Shown here piece after piece: positions 27,412 to 28,040 of a DNA stretch of 28,040 bases. The stretch's first letter is position 1, and each line of letters begins with the position of its first letter. Origin of the DNA: Rickettsiaceae bacterium (lineage in GTDB: Bacteria; Pseudomonadota; Alphaproteobacteria; Rickettsiales; Rickettsiaceae); the NCBI GenBank assembly GCA_033762035.1, contig JANRMA010000116.1, positions 1 to 28,040 of the forward strand. The letters run 5' to 3'. Under the pieces are notes generated by a model that saw only the letters and a program-made list of their open reading frames with translations, was not told where the DNA came from and made no database searches. Position numbers and translations under genes: made by a program.

Positions 27412-28040
27412 ATGCAGCATGTAGTTACAAAATCTGCGCATATTAGTATTGTAGGTATGCCTAATGCAGGTAAGTCTACTTTGCTGAATCAAGTTTTGGG
27501 GCAAAAAATTTCCATAGTTACTCATAAGGTTCAAACAACTCGGTCTGCTATTAAAGGCATTTTAACAGAAAATAATACTCAATTAGTTTTTATTGATACT
27601 CCTGGTATATTTACGCCAAAAAAGAATCTAGAAAAATCTATGGTTAGATGCGCTTGGTCTTCTATCAGTGGGTCGGATTTTGTGTGTGTCATTATTTCTC
27701 TGGAGAGTCTAAAATACTTTAATGAAGAATTCAAAAAACTTTTAGAGCATCTTGCAAAAATCAATAATAAAAAAATTATTCTGATTAATAAAATAGACAA
27801 ACTTTGTATAGATCAGAAAAGTACGAATATCCAAGAAGAAAATATTCATGCATTTTTTAAAGATAAAAAAGAGGCGGAGGTATTGGATAATTTAGCTTAT
27901 ATAAATTCGCTATTTCCTGACTCTCGGACATTTTATATCTCTGCACTTAAAAATCATAATATTAAGATATTTCTAAAATATTTAGAAGAAAATGCAGAGG
28001 AAAGCCCTTATTTTTATAATGAAGACGAGGTAACGGATGC
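27412..28040 (+). CDS. era: GTPase Era (partial, runs off the window end; absent from the supplied ORF track)
   Basis: Translated by hand from the ATG at 27412: MQHVVTKSAHISIVGMPNAGKSTLLNQVLGQKISIVTHKVQTTR...FIDTPG...NKID...ISAL. G1-G5 and the Era-type ISIVTHKVQTTR motif are present. Confidence 0.93.
   Translation, partial: MQHVVTKSAHISIVGMPNAGKSTLLNQVLGQKISIVTHKVQTTRSAIKGILTENNTQLVFIDTPGIFTPKKNLEKSMVRCAWSSISGSDFVCVIISLESLKYFNEEFKKLLEHLAKINNKKIILINKIDKLCIDQKSTNIQEENIHAFFKDKKEAEVLDNLAYINSLFPDSRTFYISALKNHNIKIFLKYLEENAEESPYFYNEDEVTD

Overview
AT-rich window from what appears to be a Rickettsiales (probably Rickettsiaceae) endosymbiont chromosome; this is inferred from a Tlc nucleotide translocase, a Rickettsia-type FadB, PPDK, a ProP-like MFS transporter and ankyrin proteins. 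The housekeeping backbone is addA, sixA, rluC-like, rpsU, comEC, tlc3-like, a hypothetical gene, ispB, ppdK, fadB, a lipoprotein, the MFS gene, prsA, gyrB and a partial era. It is interrupted by four orphan or effector-like genes: two ankyrin proteins and two small hypotheticals. The most striking unexplained structure is a family of 28-bp hairpin repeats of two types that share one architecture (TGTC-A-stem-4-nt loop-stem-T-CCA) with compensatory stem changes. They occur as inverted A/B doublets with an invariant 12-bp spacer in three arrays (1-80, 5098-5294, 6716-6999). Two same-orientation arrays bracket the first ankyrin gene like a cassette, and no mobilising enzyme is encoded in the window. 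The second ankyrin protein has an F-box-like motif and a duplicated KRPR NLS-like tail. The tlc3-hyp-ispB-ppdK operon suggests a testable substrate hypothesis for the orphan Tlc3 transporter. No rRNA, tRNA, CRISPR array or transposase was recognised. All calls come from reading the sequence by eye; no database searches were run.
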